In this document: piece by piece, positions 35,782 through 45,340 of the stretch | Layout of the letters: every line of letters begins with the position of its first letter | Numbering within the stretch: the first letter of the stretch is position 1 | Assembly: GCA_963794515.1 (NCBI GenBank) | Contig: CAWCEF010000006.1 | Location: 198,014-262,013 of the forward strand | Direction: 5' to 3' | DNA length: 64,000 nt | Origin: an uncultured Solirubrobacterales bacterium | GTDB taxonomy: Bacteria; Actinomycetota; Thermoleophilia; Solirubrobacterales; Solirubrobacteraceae | Notes under the pieces: generated by a model | The model's input: only the letters and a program-made list of their open reading frames with translations | Database searches by the model: none | Told to the model about the DNA's origin: nothing | Position numbers and translations under genes: made by a program

Positions 35782-36813
35782 TTGCGCTCCAAGAGATTGG
35801 CCAGCCTGACGTGCGCGGGATTGTTCGCGGGCTTGGTCCTCGCCCTCAGCGCCGCCGCCGCGTCGGCGTCGACGCTGGTCGGCGCCGGTTCGACGCTCGT
35901 TGCCCCCATCGAGGCCGAATGGGCCACGGCGTGGGGGAACTCCACCGGCAACACCGTGACCTTCGCCGCCGTGGGCTCTGGCAGCGGTGAGTCGGACATC
36001 GCCAAGGGCCTCGTCGACTTCGGCGCGTCAGACGCTCCGCTGTCGGTCTACTCGGGCGTTCCGGGCAACCTCGTCCAGATCCCGTGGGCGCTGACGGCCA
36101 CAGGCGTGAGCTACCACATCAGCGGGCTCCGGCTGCCCCGCCACACGAACCTCCATCTGACCGGATCGGTGCTCGCGAAGATCTACCTCGGGCAGATCAC
36201 CAACTGGAACAGCCCGCAGATCAAGGCCCTGAACAAGGGCGCGAGCATCCCGAGCACCCCGATCACGCCCCTTTGGCGAAGCGATTCCTCAGGCGACACC
36301 TATGCGTTCACGCGGTATCTGTCCGACGTGTCCGGTGCGTTCAGTGGCAAGGTCGGCAGCTCGACGACGGTCAGCTTCCCGGTCGGCGTCGGCGCGAAGG
36401 GCAACTCCGGCATGGCGACCGCGCTCGCGGGAGCGAACGGCGGCATCGCTTACATCGCGGTGTCCTATCTGATCGCCAACAACCTGCCGGCCGTCGGTAT
36501 CAAGAACGCGGGCGGGCGCTACGTGGTTCCGAACCTGTCCGCGATTGAGGCGGCGGCAGCTGTGGTGAAGCACGTGCCCAACGGCAACCAGCTCACAATC
36601 GTCAACCCGCCGAAGAAGGCCAAGAGCGCGTACCCGATCTCGACGTTCACGTACGCGATCGTCCCGACGAACGCGTCGCAGGGCTCACTACTAAAGTCGT
36701 TCATCGGCTACGCACTCGGTGGCGGGCAGCACTTCGGGCCCTCCCTCGACTTCGCACCGCTCCCAAAGATCGTCCACGCGGCCGACGAAGGCACCCTGAA
36801 CGGAGTCAATTGA
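35782..36813 (+). CDS. pstS: Phosphate-binding protein PstS
   Basis: AGGAAGGAAG lies 7-10 nt upstream of the TTG at 35782. Signal peptide LRSKRLASLTCAGLFAGLVLALSAAAASA, then GAGSTLVAP...FGASDAP...SGDTYAFT phosphate-binding motifs. Confidence 0.88.
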   Translation: MRSKRLASLTCAGLFAGLVLALSAAAASASTLVGAGSTLVAPIEAEWATAWGNSTGNTVTFAAVGSGSGESDIAKGLVDFGASDAPLSVYSGVPGNLVQIPWALTATGVSYHISGLRLPRHTNLHLTGSVLAKIYLGQITNWNSPQIKALNKGASIPSTPITPLWRSDSSGDTYAFTRYLSDVSGAFSGKVGSSTTVSFPVGVGAKGNSGMATALAGANGGIAYIAVSYLIANNLPAVGIKNAGGRYVVPNLSAIEAAAAVVKHVPNGNQLTIVNPPKKAKSAYPISTFTYAIVPTNASQGSLLKSFIGYALGGGQHFGPSLDFAPLPKIVHAADEGTLNGVN

Positions 36814-36836
36814 CCGGGCGATAGATCGTCGTCCGT

Positions 36837-36860
36837 CGGGCCCGGGCACCCCCGGGCCCG
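36837..36860 (+). terminator. Stem-loop CGGGCCCGGG-CACC-CCCGGGCCCG after pstS
   Basis: Perfect 10-bp stem with a 4-nt loop, 24 nt after the stop. Confidence 0.55.
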
Positions 36861-36960
36861 GCGGCGCCGCCTTCCACGTAGTACGCGCTGCTTGTCGGCC
36901 TTTCCGCCGGTCGGGTTATCGGAAGGCCTGTTCGGTTATCAGACAGACCTGGAGGTTCTC

Positions 36961-37476
36961 GTGAAACGTCGTATCTTGCTCGTTGGGTCCGCGCTCGCCA
37001 TCGCGGTCCCATTCGTAGTGGGAATTGGAGTGGCCGGGGCCGCGAGCACGGCCACCAAGCCGGTCGTATTGAAATGCCATATGTCGCTGAGCGCGGTGCC
37101 GCCGGCCGGCTCAAGCCAGGTCAATCAGCCACCTGCCCAGGGCAACCAGTACGGCGCGGTCCACTGCCCATCGATTGGCGGCGGGGTCGAGGCGACCTCG
37201 TTCAACGTGCCCGACAGTGGTGACACTGTCGGCAGTTACACCCAGTACTTCGGGACCGGCTCGATCCGCGGAAAGTTCGACCTGACACCGGAGGAGGGGT
37301 CGGGGTCGCTGTCCGCGACGACCTTCGAGAGCGAGTCCTGGGTCGGGACGCTGACTGTCACCGGCGGCACCGGGCCATATGCGAAGGCCGCCGGAAAGAA
37401 GGGCGTCATGAAGTGCACCAGCGACGACACGGTGCATCTGACTTGCACGGAGAAGGTGAAGCTGTCGCAGCTGTGA
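36961..37476 (+). CDS. Secreted hypothetical protein (171 aa)
   Basis: GGAGG lies 5 nt upstream of the GTG at 36961. Signal peptide VKRRILLVGSALAIAVPFVVGIGVAGAAS, and 4 Cys in the mature part. Confidence 0.65.
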   Translation: MKRRILLVGSALAIAVPFVVGIGVAGAASTATKPVVLKCHMSLSAVPPAGSSQVNQPPAQGNQYGAVHCPSIGGGVEATSFNVPDSGDTVGSYTQYFGTGSIRGKFDLTPEEGSGSLSATTFESESWVGTLTVTGGTGPYAKAAGKKGVMKCTSDDTVHLTCTEKVKLSQL

Positions 37477-37509
37477 GCGACATCGCACGCTTCGGACTCG
37501 ACTGACGGG

Positions 37510-37538
37510 AGGCGCACGCCGGACACCGGCGTGCGCCT
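37510..37538. terminator. 13-bp stem-loop (AGGCGCACGCCGG-ACA-CCGGCGTGCGCCT) between convergent genes; likely bidirectional terminator
   Basis: Perfect inverted repeat, followed by GGCCCGTTTT. Confidence 0.55.
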
Positions 37539-37547
37539 GGCCCGTTT

Positions 37548-38171
37548 TCATCCCAGGCTCACACCAAGCAAGCGCTCGAGCTGGGCGATCGTGTCCGCCG
37601 CCGCGCGGTGATGAACGGTCGCCATCCCGAGCTCCGCGGCGGGCTCGAGGTTGACCGACAGGTCGTCGACGAACACGCACTCCTCGGACGCGAGCCCGAT
37701 GCGCTCGGCGCTCAGCGCGTAGATCTCGGGCGCCGGCTTTCGCATTCCGACCTCGCCGGAGATCACGACCGCGTCGAACAGTTCCGCGAGCACGACCCTC
37801 GGGTAACGCGTCGTGCCCCACGAGTTCGACAGGAGCCCGGTCCGGATCCCGGCGCCGCGCGCCCGCCGGACCGCGTCGAGCATCTGCTCGTCGGGTCGGG
37901 AGCCGGCGAACAGCCGCTCGAGCAAGTCCGGCGCCTCCACGCCCAGGAGCGCGGCGACGCGCGGCTCGAACTGCTCGGCCCCGACCGCGCCGGTCTCGAG
38001 GCCGAGCATCAGATCGCGGCACTCCGCGTCGTTGCGGAACAGCCGGAGCATCGCGTCGGGCTCGAGTCCCTCGAGCTCGCAGAACGCCCCGAACGAGTCG
38101 AACACGTCGGTCGTCAGCACACCGCCGTAGTCGACCAGGAGACCGCGGCGGCTCGCGTCCTCAGAGGCCAT
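37548..38171 (-). CDS. HAD-superfamily hydrolase (subfamily IA-like)
   Basis: LLVDYGGVLT (motif I variant), LLSNS (motif II), and K...VFVDD (motifs III/IV). Confidence 0.8.
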   Translation of the reverse strand: MASEDASRRGLLVDYGGVLTTDVFDSFGAFCELEGLEPDAMLRLFRNDAECRDLMLGLETGAVGAEQFEPRVAALLGVEAPDLLERLFAGSRPDEQMLDAVRRARGAGIRTGLLSNSWGTTRYPRVVLAELFDAVVISGEVGMRKPAPEIYALSAERIGLASEECVFVDDLSVNLEPAAELGMATVHHRAAADTIAQLERLLGVSLG

Positions 38172-39237
38172 GCCGCGACACGTCGAGCGCGCGGTCGGCG
38201 ATCTCGACGACGCCTTCGCCGAACGACTTCAGGTACGGATCGTCGGTGGAGCCCGCGAGCGACCGCTTGTAGTTGCCTTCCATGAATACGATGGCCTTCC
38301 ACAGCGCGAGCGTCACGTACCAGTCGAGCGACTTCACCGACCGGCCGCTCCGCTGTTCGTACCGTGCGGTCAGCTCTGCCCGAGTGGGGAACCCCGGCCG
38401 CAGCGTCACGTTGTTCAGGTTGAACTTGCCGAGCCTGTCGCCCGGCTCGGTCCAGTGCATCAGCATGTAGCCGACGTCGGCCAGTGGATCGCCGATCGTC
38501 GCCATCTCCCAGTCGAAGATCGCGATCAGCCGCGCCGGACCCTGCGCTGCGAACATCGTGTTGCCGAGCCGGTAGTCGCCGTGGACGATCGTCGCCGGTG
38601 GCGACTCGGGGATGTTCGATCCGAGCCACGCCCCGACCTCCTCCACCTGCGGCAGCTCGCGCGTGCGGTTGTGCTCCCACAGCCCGTTGAAGCGTCTCAG
38701 CTGGCGGTCGAGATAGCCCGTCGGCTTGCCGAACCCTTCGAGCCCCGCGGCGGCCCAGTCGGTGTCGTGCAGCTCGACCAGCGCGTCGATCAGCTCGTCG
38801 GCGATCCGGCTGTGCTCCTCGGGCGTGTCGAGTCGCGCGGGGACCGAGTCGGTGATGACATCGCCGGCGATCCGCTCCATCACGTAGAACGGCACCCCAA
38901 TCACCTCGATGTCCTCGCACACCGCGAGCACCTTCGGCGCCCGCACGCGCGTGGCCTCGAGCGCGCGCAACAGCCGCGCCTCGCGGAGCACGTCATGGGC
39001 GCTCGGCGGGAGCGGCCCGCGCGGCGGACGCCGGAGCACGGCATCCGTCGACAGCGCGAACGTCACGTTCGAGTGCCCGTCGCCGATCGGGGTCGCGGTC
39101 AGGTCCGCCGGCGCATCGAGGTGGTGCGCGCCGAGGAACTCGATCAACGGCTCGAGCACGAGCAGCGGCTCGCGCTCGTTGGCCGCGGCGTCGGCGTGCG
39201 TGCGCACGATGTCATCGGGGGCGAGCGTGACCGGCAT
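38161..39237 (-). CDS. Phosphotransferase (APH/choline-kinase-like) family protein
   Basis: Brenner-type VHGDYRLGNTMF and IFDWEMATIGDPLADVGY motifs. It overlaps the HAD gene by 11 nt. Confidence 0.8.
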   Translation of the reverse strand: MPVTLAPDDIVRTHADAAANEREPLLVLEPLIEFLGAHHLDAPADLTATPIGDGHSNVTFALSTDAVLRRPPRGPLPPSAHDVLREARLLRALEATRVRAPKVLAVCEDIEVIGVPFYVMERIAGDVITDSVPARLDTPEEHSRIADELIDALVELHDTDWAAAGLEGFGKPTGYLDRQLRRFNGLWEHNRTRELPQVEEVGAWLGSNIPESPPATIVHGDYRLGNTMFAAQGPARLIAIFDWEMATIGDPLADVGYMLMHWTEPGDRLGKFNLNNVTLRPGFPTRAELTARYEQRSGRSVKSLDWYVTLALWKAIVFMEGNYKRSLAGSTDDPYLKSFGEGVVEIADRALDVSRHGL

Positions 39238-39294
39238 GGAGTGACGCAGGGTACCGGCGGGGGTGCAGACGGCAGCTACTCTCGACTCAGAACG

Positions 39295-40140
39295 ATGCCC
39301 GAGCTACCCGAAGTCGAGATCACCGCACGTCTGATCGGCGCCGCCGTGGCCGGCGCGGAGATCGAGTCCGCGGTCGCGCCCGGCATCAACGCGTTGAAGA
39401 CGTTCGACCCCCCGCTCGCGGCCCTCGATGGGCGCCGGTTCGAGCGCGTCGGGCGCCGCGGCAAGCTGTTCGTGATCGAGCTCGACGGCGCCCTGGCGAT
39501 CGAGATCCACCTGATGTCCGCCGGCCGCCTGCAGCTGTTCGACACGCGCGCGTCGTTGCGCGACCGGACGTCGCGCTTCCTGGTCCGCCTCAGCGACGGC
39601 CGGGAGCTGCGCCTGCGCGAGTTCGGCACCCGCCAGCGCGCCTGGGTCAAGCTCCTGCGCGCCGCCGAGGTCGACGAAGAGGAGACGATCGCCGCGCTCG
39701 GCCCCGAGGCATGGCCGGATCCACCGCCGTTCGCCGAGCTGCTCGACCAGCCGCGGCCGCTGTACGCGCTGCTCCGCGATCAGCACGTGATCGCCGGCAT
39801 CGGCCGCTCGTGGGTCGACGAGATTCTGCACGCGGCGATGATCTCGCCGTTCAAGCGCGGGTCCGACCTCGACGAGGACGAGGCGGTTGGGCTGCGCGAC
39901 ACCACCATCCGCGTCCTCGGCGACGCGATCGCGCACTACGAGGCGATGCTGTCGCTCCCGGTCCCCGACAAGCTGCCGATGCCGCTCACCGTCCACCGCC
40001 GCAACGGCGAGCCCTGCCCACGGTGCGGAGATCAGCTCGAGGCCGTGTTCTACGAGGACTACGTGATGTGCTACTGCCCGACGTGCCAGACCGAGGGCAA
40101 GCTCCTCAAGGACCGGCGGCTATCGCGACTGCTCAAGTAG
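39295..40140 (+). CDS. Fpg/Nei-family DNA glycosylase/AP lyase
   Basis: N-terminal MPELPEVE, an H2TH region, and a C-terminal zinc finger CPRCG...CPTCQ. Confidence 0.85.
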   Translation: MPELPEVEITARLIGAAVAGAEIESAVAPGINALKTFDPPLAALDGRRFERVGRRGKLFVIELDGALAIEIHLMSAGRLQLFDTRASLRDRTSRFLVRLSDGRELRLREFGTRQRAWVKLLRAAEVDEEETIAALGPEAWPDPPPFAELLDQPRPLYALLRDQHVIAGIGRSWVDEILHAAMISPFKRGSDLDEDEAVGLRDTTIRVLGDAIAHYEAMLSLPVPDKLPMPLTVHRRNGEPCPRCGDQLEAVFYEDYVMCYCPTCQTEGKLLKDRRLSRLLK

Positions 40141-40167
40141 CGGTGCCCGGATAGGATCCGCACGCTC

Positions 40168-40632
40168 ATGGCACTCAAAGCCGGCGACAACGCCCCCGAC
40201 TTCGCGCTTCTCGACCAACACGGCGAGACCGTGTCGCTGGCGGGGCTGCGCGGCAAGACCGTGGTCCTGTACTTCTACCCGAAGGCCGACACGCCCGGGT
40301 GCACGACGCAGGCGTGCGGGGTGCGAGATCACCGCGCCGCCTATGCCGACGCCGAGACCGTCGTCCTCGGCGTCTCGCCCGACCCGGTCAAGCCGATAGC
40401 GAAGTTCGACGAGAAGTACAGCCTCGGCTTCCCGCTGCTCTCGGACGAGGACCACTCGGTGGCCGAGGCCTACGGCGTGTGGGTGGAGAAGAACCGCTAC
40501 GGGCGCACGTACATGGGAAACGAACGCACGACGTTCGTGATCGGCGAAGACGGCACGATCCGCGACGTGTTCCGCAACGTCAAGCCTGCCGAGCACGATG
40601 AACTCGTGCTGGGCGCGCTCGCCGGCTCTTAG
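40168..40632 (+). CDS. bcp: Thiol peroxidase, Bcp-type peroxiredoxin
   Basis: GKTVVLYFYPKADTPGCTTQAC active-site motif. Confidence 0.9.
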   Translation: MALKAGDNAPDFALLDQHGETVSLAGLRGKTVVLYFYPKADTPGCTTQACGVRDHRAAYADAETVVLGVSPDPVKPIAKFDEKYSLGFPLLSDEDHSVAEAYGVWVEKNRYGRTYMGNERTTFVIGEDGTIRDVFRNVKPAEHDELVLGALAGS

Positions 40633-40641
40633 CGCAGCGGT

Positions 40642-40914
40642 CTACTGAAGGCCCTCGCGCGCCTCGCGCACGAGCGTCACAGCGTCGGGGAAGATGTGCG
40701 CCATCACGGTTCGCAGCTGCTCGGCCTGCTGCTCCGTCGTCCCCTGAATGTTGATGCGGTTCATCGCCGCGACCGTGAGATCAACCGCGAGCTTGATCGC
40801 GTTGTCGGCCCACGCGAGCCGCTGAGCGCCCTGCATCTGCTCGGCGAACTCGCCAAGACGGCGCTGCAGTTCGTCGGGATCTCCGAACAGGCCTCCGAAT
40901 CCACTTCCTTCCAT
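40642..40914 (-). CDS. Hypothetical small helical protein (90 aa)
   Basis: MEGSGFGGLFGDPDELQRRLGEFAEQMQGAQRLAW... shows coding-like composition. There is no clear SD, so it may be leaderless. Confidence 0.5.
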   Translation of the reverse strand: MEGSGFGGLFGDPDELQRRLGEFAEQMQGAQRLAWADNAIKLAVDLTVAAMNRINIQGTTEQQAEQLRTVMAHIFPDAVTLVREAREGLQ

Positions 40915-40985
40915 GGCGTCAATGGTACCCGGCGCGGGCCGTCGGGAGGACTCGATGGCGCCGTTTACGGCATAGACTGGCGCTG

Positions 40986-41849
40986 GTGACCCCCGAAGAG
41001 CGAGTTGCATACGAGAATCGCGTGCGCACGCGGCAGGTCGTGCTCGCCGCGCTCGCGGGCGTTTTCGTCATGCTCGCGGTGCTCATCCAGATCGGTGGGC
41101 CTCAGCCCAAGGTCACCGAGGACACGCTGAAGCTCGTGGTCGAGAACCAGCGGTTCACGCGAGACCTGATCGCCTCGATCATCAGCGCCATCGGCCTGCT
41201 CGCGCTCGCCTGGACACTCTGGTACCTGTGGGGATGCACGCGTTTCCGCGACCCGGCCGTCAAGCCGAGCTTCATCGGAGGGCTCGCGCTTGGGGGCTGC
41301 GTGCTGTCGGCGGTCAGCGTGATCGCGTTCGTGATCGCCTACGGGATCCAGGCGAACGACTTCGTGTCCCACGGGGTCCAGACGTACCCGCAGGCCAACG
41401 CGCTTCTGTCGAAGACCGTGATCGTCGTTCCGCAGATCCTGATCGACCTGAGCGCGCTGCTGATCGCGGTCGGGCTCGTGATGGTGTCCCTGACCGCGAT
41501 GCGGGTCGGCTTGCTGACCCGCTTCCTCGGCTACGTCGGGATCATCGCGGGGGTGTTCACGATCATTCCGCTCGTGCCGATCCCGATCGTCGAGGCGTAC
41601 TGGCTGCTCGCGCTCGCGTACCTGCTGAGCGGTCGCTGGCCGGGCGCCGTGCCGCCGGCCTGGAGCAGCGGTCGCGCCGAGCGTTGGCCGGCGAGACAGC
41701 GCCCGCCCGCCCGGGAGCCTCTGCTCGGCCGGGGCCGGGGCCGGGCCAGGCCCGCTCCGGCGCCCGCGCCGCCCGAGCCGGTCGGGGCGCCGACGGCGGC
41801 GAGCACCCGCTCGAGCACCTCGAAGCGCAAGCGCAAGCGCCGCAAATAA
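40986..41849 (+). CDS. Hypothetical membrane protein (about 6 TM) with a basic, Pro/Arg-rich tail ending KRKRKRRK
   Basis: Hydrophobic periodicity and codon usage support coding. I recognise no family. Confidence 0.65.
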   Translation: MTPEERVAYENRVRTRQVVLAALAGVFVMLAVLIQIGGPQPKVTEDTLKLVVENQRFTRDLIASIISAIGLLALAWTLWYLWGCTRFRDPAVKPSFIGGLALGGCVLSAVSVIAFVIAYGIQANDFVSHGVQTYPQANALLSKTVIVVPQILIDLSALLIAVGLVMVSLTAMRVGLLTRFLGYVGIIAGVFTIIPLVPIPIVEAYWLLALAYLLSGRWPGAVPPAWSSGRAERWPARQRPPAREPLLGRGRGRARPAPAPAPPEPVGAPTAASTRSSTSKRKRKRRK

Positions 41850-41948
41850 CCCGGGTTGGCGGCGGCTCGCGCCAGTCCGTCAGACATCCGTCCGTTACCG
41901 CGCTGATCGGGTGCGCGCCGCTCGCGCGCTGCCGATCAATGGGTCTAG

Positions 41949-41985
41949 CTGTCCCGGCTCCTGTCCACGCCGGGGGCCGGGACAG
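41949..41985 (+). terminator. Stem-loop CTGTCCCGGC-N17-GCCGGGACAG followed by ATTTCGCTTC
   Basis: Perfect 10-bp arms, 100 nt downstream of the preceding stop. Confidence 0.4.
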
Positions 41986-42261
41986 ATTTCGCTTCACCAG
42001 CCGTATCTGGAGGGCGAAGACAAACTCAGCTCTGATTCGGCCCTGGGGCACCTCGCCTGGGGCGTCGGGAGTCGGATCCGGAGCTGTGCGGGCTCGAGTT
42101 GGTGACCGCCGGGCGGCCAAACGCCGTCCGGCGGTCGCCGTTCATCGTGCCTCGACGACCGCTCGCGGCCGTACGACCACCGCTCACCGATCCGCTCTTG
42201 AGAAGCGCCGCACGCGGAGGCAAGGTTCGCGCCGACTATCAATCCCTCAGAGGAGGACTAG

Positions 42262-42936
42262 ATGGAAGCCGCAAACATTGGCGGGCGTGAAGCGGACGTC
42301 GCGCCGGCCGATCCGACCGGTGGTCGGTCGGCGGGGTGGACGCCGGCTGATCCGGGGCCGTTGGGCTTGGCCGCGTTCGCCGGAACGACGTTCATGCTCA
42401 GCCTGATCAACGCCGGTCTGGTCGGCACGCATAGGTTGCCAGGCGGCGGTTTGCTCCCGATGGTGGCCGCGCTGGCGCTCGCCTATGGCGGCATCGCTCA
42501 ATTCGTCGCGGGACTCTGGGAGTTCCGGACCGGGAACACGTTCGGAGCCGTGGCGTTCTGCTCGTACGGCGCGTTCTGGATCTCGTTCTTCTTCATCGTC
42601 CAATCCGTCGGCTCCAACGCGCCGGCCGAGGTGTTCAGCGGGCTCGGGCTATACCTGTGGATGTGGGGGATCTTCACGGCATACATGTTCATCGCGTCGC
42701 TGCGGACGACCGGGGCGGTCGCGCTGGTATTCCTGCTGTTGGCGATCACGTTCCTCATCCTCGGGATCGGCAACTCGGCGCTCGCCGGTACCGCCAGCGC
42801 CACCAACGGCACGATCAAGCTGGGCGGCTGGATAGGGCTCATCACTGCGCTTGCGGCCTGGTACGCGTCGTTCGCCGGGGTGATCAACTCGACCTACGGT
42901 CGGGTGATAGCGCCAGTAGTCCCGTTGAACCGCTAG
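42262..42936 (+). CDS. GPR1/FUN34/YaaH (SatP)-family acetate/succinate channel
   Basis: ADPGPLGLAAFAGTTF (the NPAPLGL-type signature), YGGIAQFVAGLWEF, six TM segments, and a GAGGAGGA SD. Confidence 0.85.
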   Translation: MEAANIGGREADVAPADPTGGRSAGWTPADPGPLGLAAFAGTTFMLSLINAGLVGTHRLPGGGLLPMVAALALAYGGIAQFVAGLWEFRTGNTFGAVAFCSYGAFWISFFFIVQSVGSNAPAEVFSGLGLYLWMWGIFTAYMFIASLRTTGAVALVFLLLAITFLILGIGNSALAGTASATNGTIKLGGWIGLITALAAWYASFAGVINSTYGRVIAPVVPLNR

Positions 42937-43013
42937 CGGTCGAGAAAAGCCCATCAATACGCTGCTCTCGAGTAGAACTAGCGACAGACTCATCGAAACA
43001 TCGCAGAACCGTG

Positions 43014-43039
43014 GAGCGCCGGCGGCAACGCCGGCGCTC
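43014..43039 (+). terminator. Stem-loop GAGCGCCGGCG-GCAA-CGCCGGCGCTC between the channel gene and acs paralogue 1
   Basis: Perfect 11-bp stem with a GNRA-like loop. It could act as a terminator or an attenuator. Confidence 0.4.
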
Positions 43040-43086
43040 TGGGCTGTCAGGAAGCCGGTTGCCGCCGGATCGGAAGGAGAGACTTA

Positions 43087-45228
43087 ATGGCTGACACGAC
43101 CAAGCCAGCGCCCGCTGAGGACGAGACCGCCGAGGATGAGGTCTCCGAAGCGCAGATCGCAGTCCACTGGCGGGAGGAGGAGTACTTCGAGCCGCCCGCC
43201 GCGTTCGCTGCTCAGGCCAACGCGAACGATCCGGCGATCCTCGAGCGCTTCAGCGAGGCGAACTTCCCAGATTGCTTCATCGAGTACGCCGACATGCTCA
43301 CCTGGGACCGGAAGTGGGACACGCTGCTCGACGCGAGCGATCCGCCGTTCTTCAAATGGTTCGTGGGAGGGCGGCTGAACGCGTCGGTCAACTGCGTCGA
43401 CCGACACCTCGAGACCCGCGGCGACAAGAACGCGTTGATCTGGGTGCCTGAGCCCGAGGACGTCGAGCCGGTCGAGATCACCTACGCGGAGCTGCACCGC
43501 CGCGTCAACGAGTTCGCTGCGCTGCTGCGTGACTTCGCCGGCGTGAAGGCCGGCGATCGGGTCACGTTCCACATGCCGATGGTCCCCGACCTGCCGGTAG
43601 CGATGCTCGCCTGCGCGCGGCTCGGCGTGATCCACTCTGAGGTGTTCGGCGGTTTCAGCGGCGCAGCCTGCGGCCAGCGCATGGCCGATGCCAAGAGCAC
43701 CATCCTCATAACGATGGACGCCTATTACCGCAACGGCGACCTGATCGACCACAAGGCGAAGGCCGATCAGGCGATCGAGGAGGCGCGCAAGGAGGGGACC
43801 GAGGTCGAGAAGGTCCTGGTCTGGCGGAGGATCCCCGGCGAGTACCACTCTGAGAGCCCGATGGTCGAGGGCCGCGACTACTTCATCAACGACGTGCTCG
43901 CGGACTACAGCGGGCAGGAGGTAGAGCCCGAGTCGCTCGACGCCAACGACACGCTGTTCCTCATGTACACGAGCGGCACCACCGGCCGTCCGAAGGGGGC
44001 CCAGCACTCGATCGGCGGCTACCTCAGCTACGTGGCCGGCACGTCGAAGTACTACCAGGACATCCATCCCGACGACACGTATTGGTGCTTCGCGGACATC
44101 GGGTGGATCACCGGCCACTCGTACATCGTCTATGGGCCGCTGTCGCTCGGCACGACGAGCGTGATGTACGAGGGAGTGCCGACGTATCCCGATCCCGGAC
44201 GTCCGTGGCGGATCGCGGAGAAGCTCGGGGTGAACATCTTCCATACCGCGCCGACGACCATCCGGATGCTGCGGAAGGTTGGGCCCGGCGAGCCGGAGAA
44301 GTACAGCTACCACTTCAAGACGATGACCACCGTCGGCGAGCCGATCGAGCCCGACGTGTGGCGCTGGTACCACAGCTTCGTCGGCAAGGGCGAGGCGGCG
44401 ATCACCGACACCTGGTGGATGACCGAGACCGGCGGCTTCCTCGGAAGCACGCTTCCGGGTCTGCAGCCGATGAAGCCCGGCAGCTGTGGACCGGCGGCGC
44501 TCGGGATCCAGCTCGTGGTGTTCGATGAGAACGGCAAGGAGATCCCGGGGGGCTCCGGCAAGGCGGGCTACATCTGCGTGCGCAATCCGTGGCCCGGCCG
44601 GATGCTCACCGTGTGGGGGCAGGACCAGCGGTTCATCGACACCTACTACGCGAAGTTCTCGAAGCTCGACAGCAAGGACTGGCGCGACTGGCCGTTCATG
44701 TGCGGCGACGGCGCCGTCGAGGCCGCGGACGGCTACTACCGGATCCTGGGGCGGATCGACGACGTGATCAACGTCGCCGGGCACCGGCTCGGCACCAAGG
44801 AGCTCGAGTCGGCGGCGATCACCGTCGACGAGGTGGCCGAGGCGGCCGCCGTGCCCGTCGTCGACGAGGTGCGCGGGAAGATCGTCGAGATGTACATCTC
44901 GCTGAAGCCCGGGGTCGATGCCGACGCGGGGATCGACAAGAAGGTGTCCGACGCGATCGTCAGGGAGATCGGGGCCATTGCCCGGCCCAAGAACGTGTGG
45001 ATCGTCAAAGACATGCCGAAGACGCGTTCCGGGAAGATCATGCGGCGCGTGATCGCGGCGGTCTCGAACTTCACCGACGTCGGCGACGTGATGACGCTCG
45101 CGAATCCCGAGATCGTCGAGGAGATCCGCCACCACGTGCAGGCCGAGAAGTCGGCCCGGGGCGAAGTCCCGCGCGAGCTCTCCGAGCAGGAAAAGGCGGA
45201 GATCGCCGCCTACGGGCACGCCGAGTAG
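43087..45228 (+). CDS. Acetyl-CoA synthetase-like AMP-forming ligase (divergent Acs paralogue, 713 aa)
   Basis: YTSGTTGRPKG, DTWWMTETGG, GYYRILGRIDDVINVAGHRL and PKTRSGKIMRR motifs. Strong SD GGAAGGAGAG. Confidence 0.88.
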   Translation: MADTTKPAPAEDETAEDEVSEAQIAVHWREEEYFEPPAAFAAQANANDPAILERFSEANFPDCFIEYADMLTWDRKWDTLLDASDPPFFKWFVGGRLNASVNCVDRHLETRGDKNALIWVPEPEDVEPVEITYAELHRRVNEFAALLRDFAGVKAGDRVTFHMPMVPDLPVAMLACARLGVIHSEVFGGFSGAACGQRMADAKSTILITMDAYYRNGDLIDHKAKADQAIEEARKEGTEVEKVLVWRRIPGEYHSESPMVEGRDYFINDVLADYSGQEVEPESLDANDTLFLMYTSGTTGRPKGAQHSIGGYLSYVAGTSKYYQDIHPDDTYWCFADIGWITGHSYIVYGPLSLGTTSVMYEGVPTYPDPGRPWRIAEKLGVNIFHTAPTTIRMLRKVGPGEPEKYSYHFKTMTTVGEPIEPDVWRWYHSFVGKGEAAITDTWWMTETGGFLGSTLPGLQPMKPGSCGPAALGIQLVVFDENGKEIPGGSGKAGYICVRNPWPGRMLTVWGQDQRFIDTYYAKFSKLDSKDWRDWPFMCGDGAVEAADGYYRILGRIDDVINVAGHRLGTKELESAAITVDEVAEAAAVPVVDEVRGKIVEMYISLKPGVDADAGIDKKVSDAIVREIGAIARPKNVWIVKDMPKTRSGKIMRRVIAAVSNFTDVGDVMTLANPEIVEEIRHHVQAEKSARGEVPRELSEQEKAEIAAYGHAE

Positions 45229-45340
45229 CCGCAGGCCGCCGGCCTGCCACAGCCGATACTGCGCCCGGTCCTCGGATCGGGCGCGGTTCCGCTACCGCGC
45301 CTCTGGGTAGCAGACCCAGTGAGAGAAAGCGGAAGGAGAG

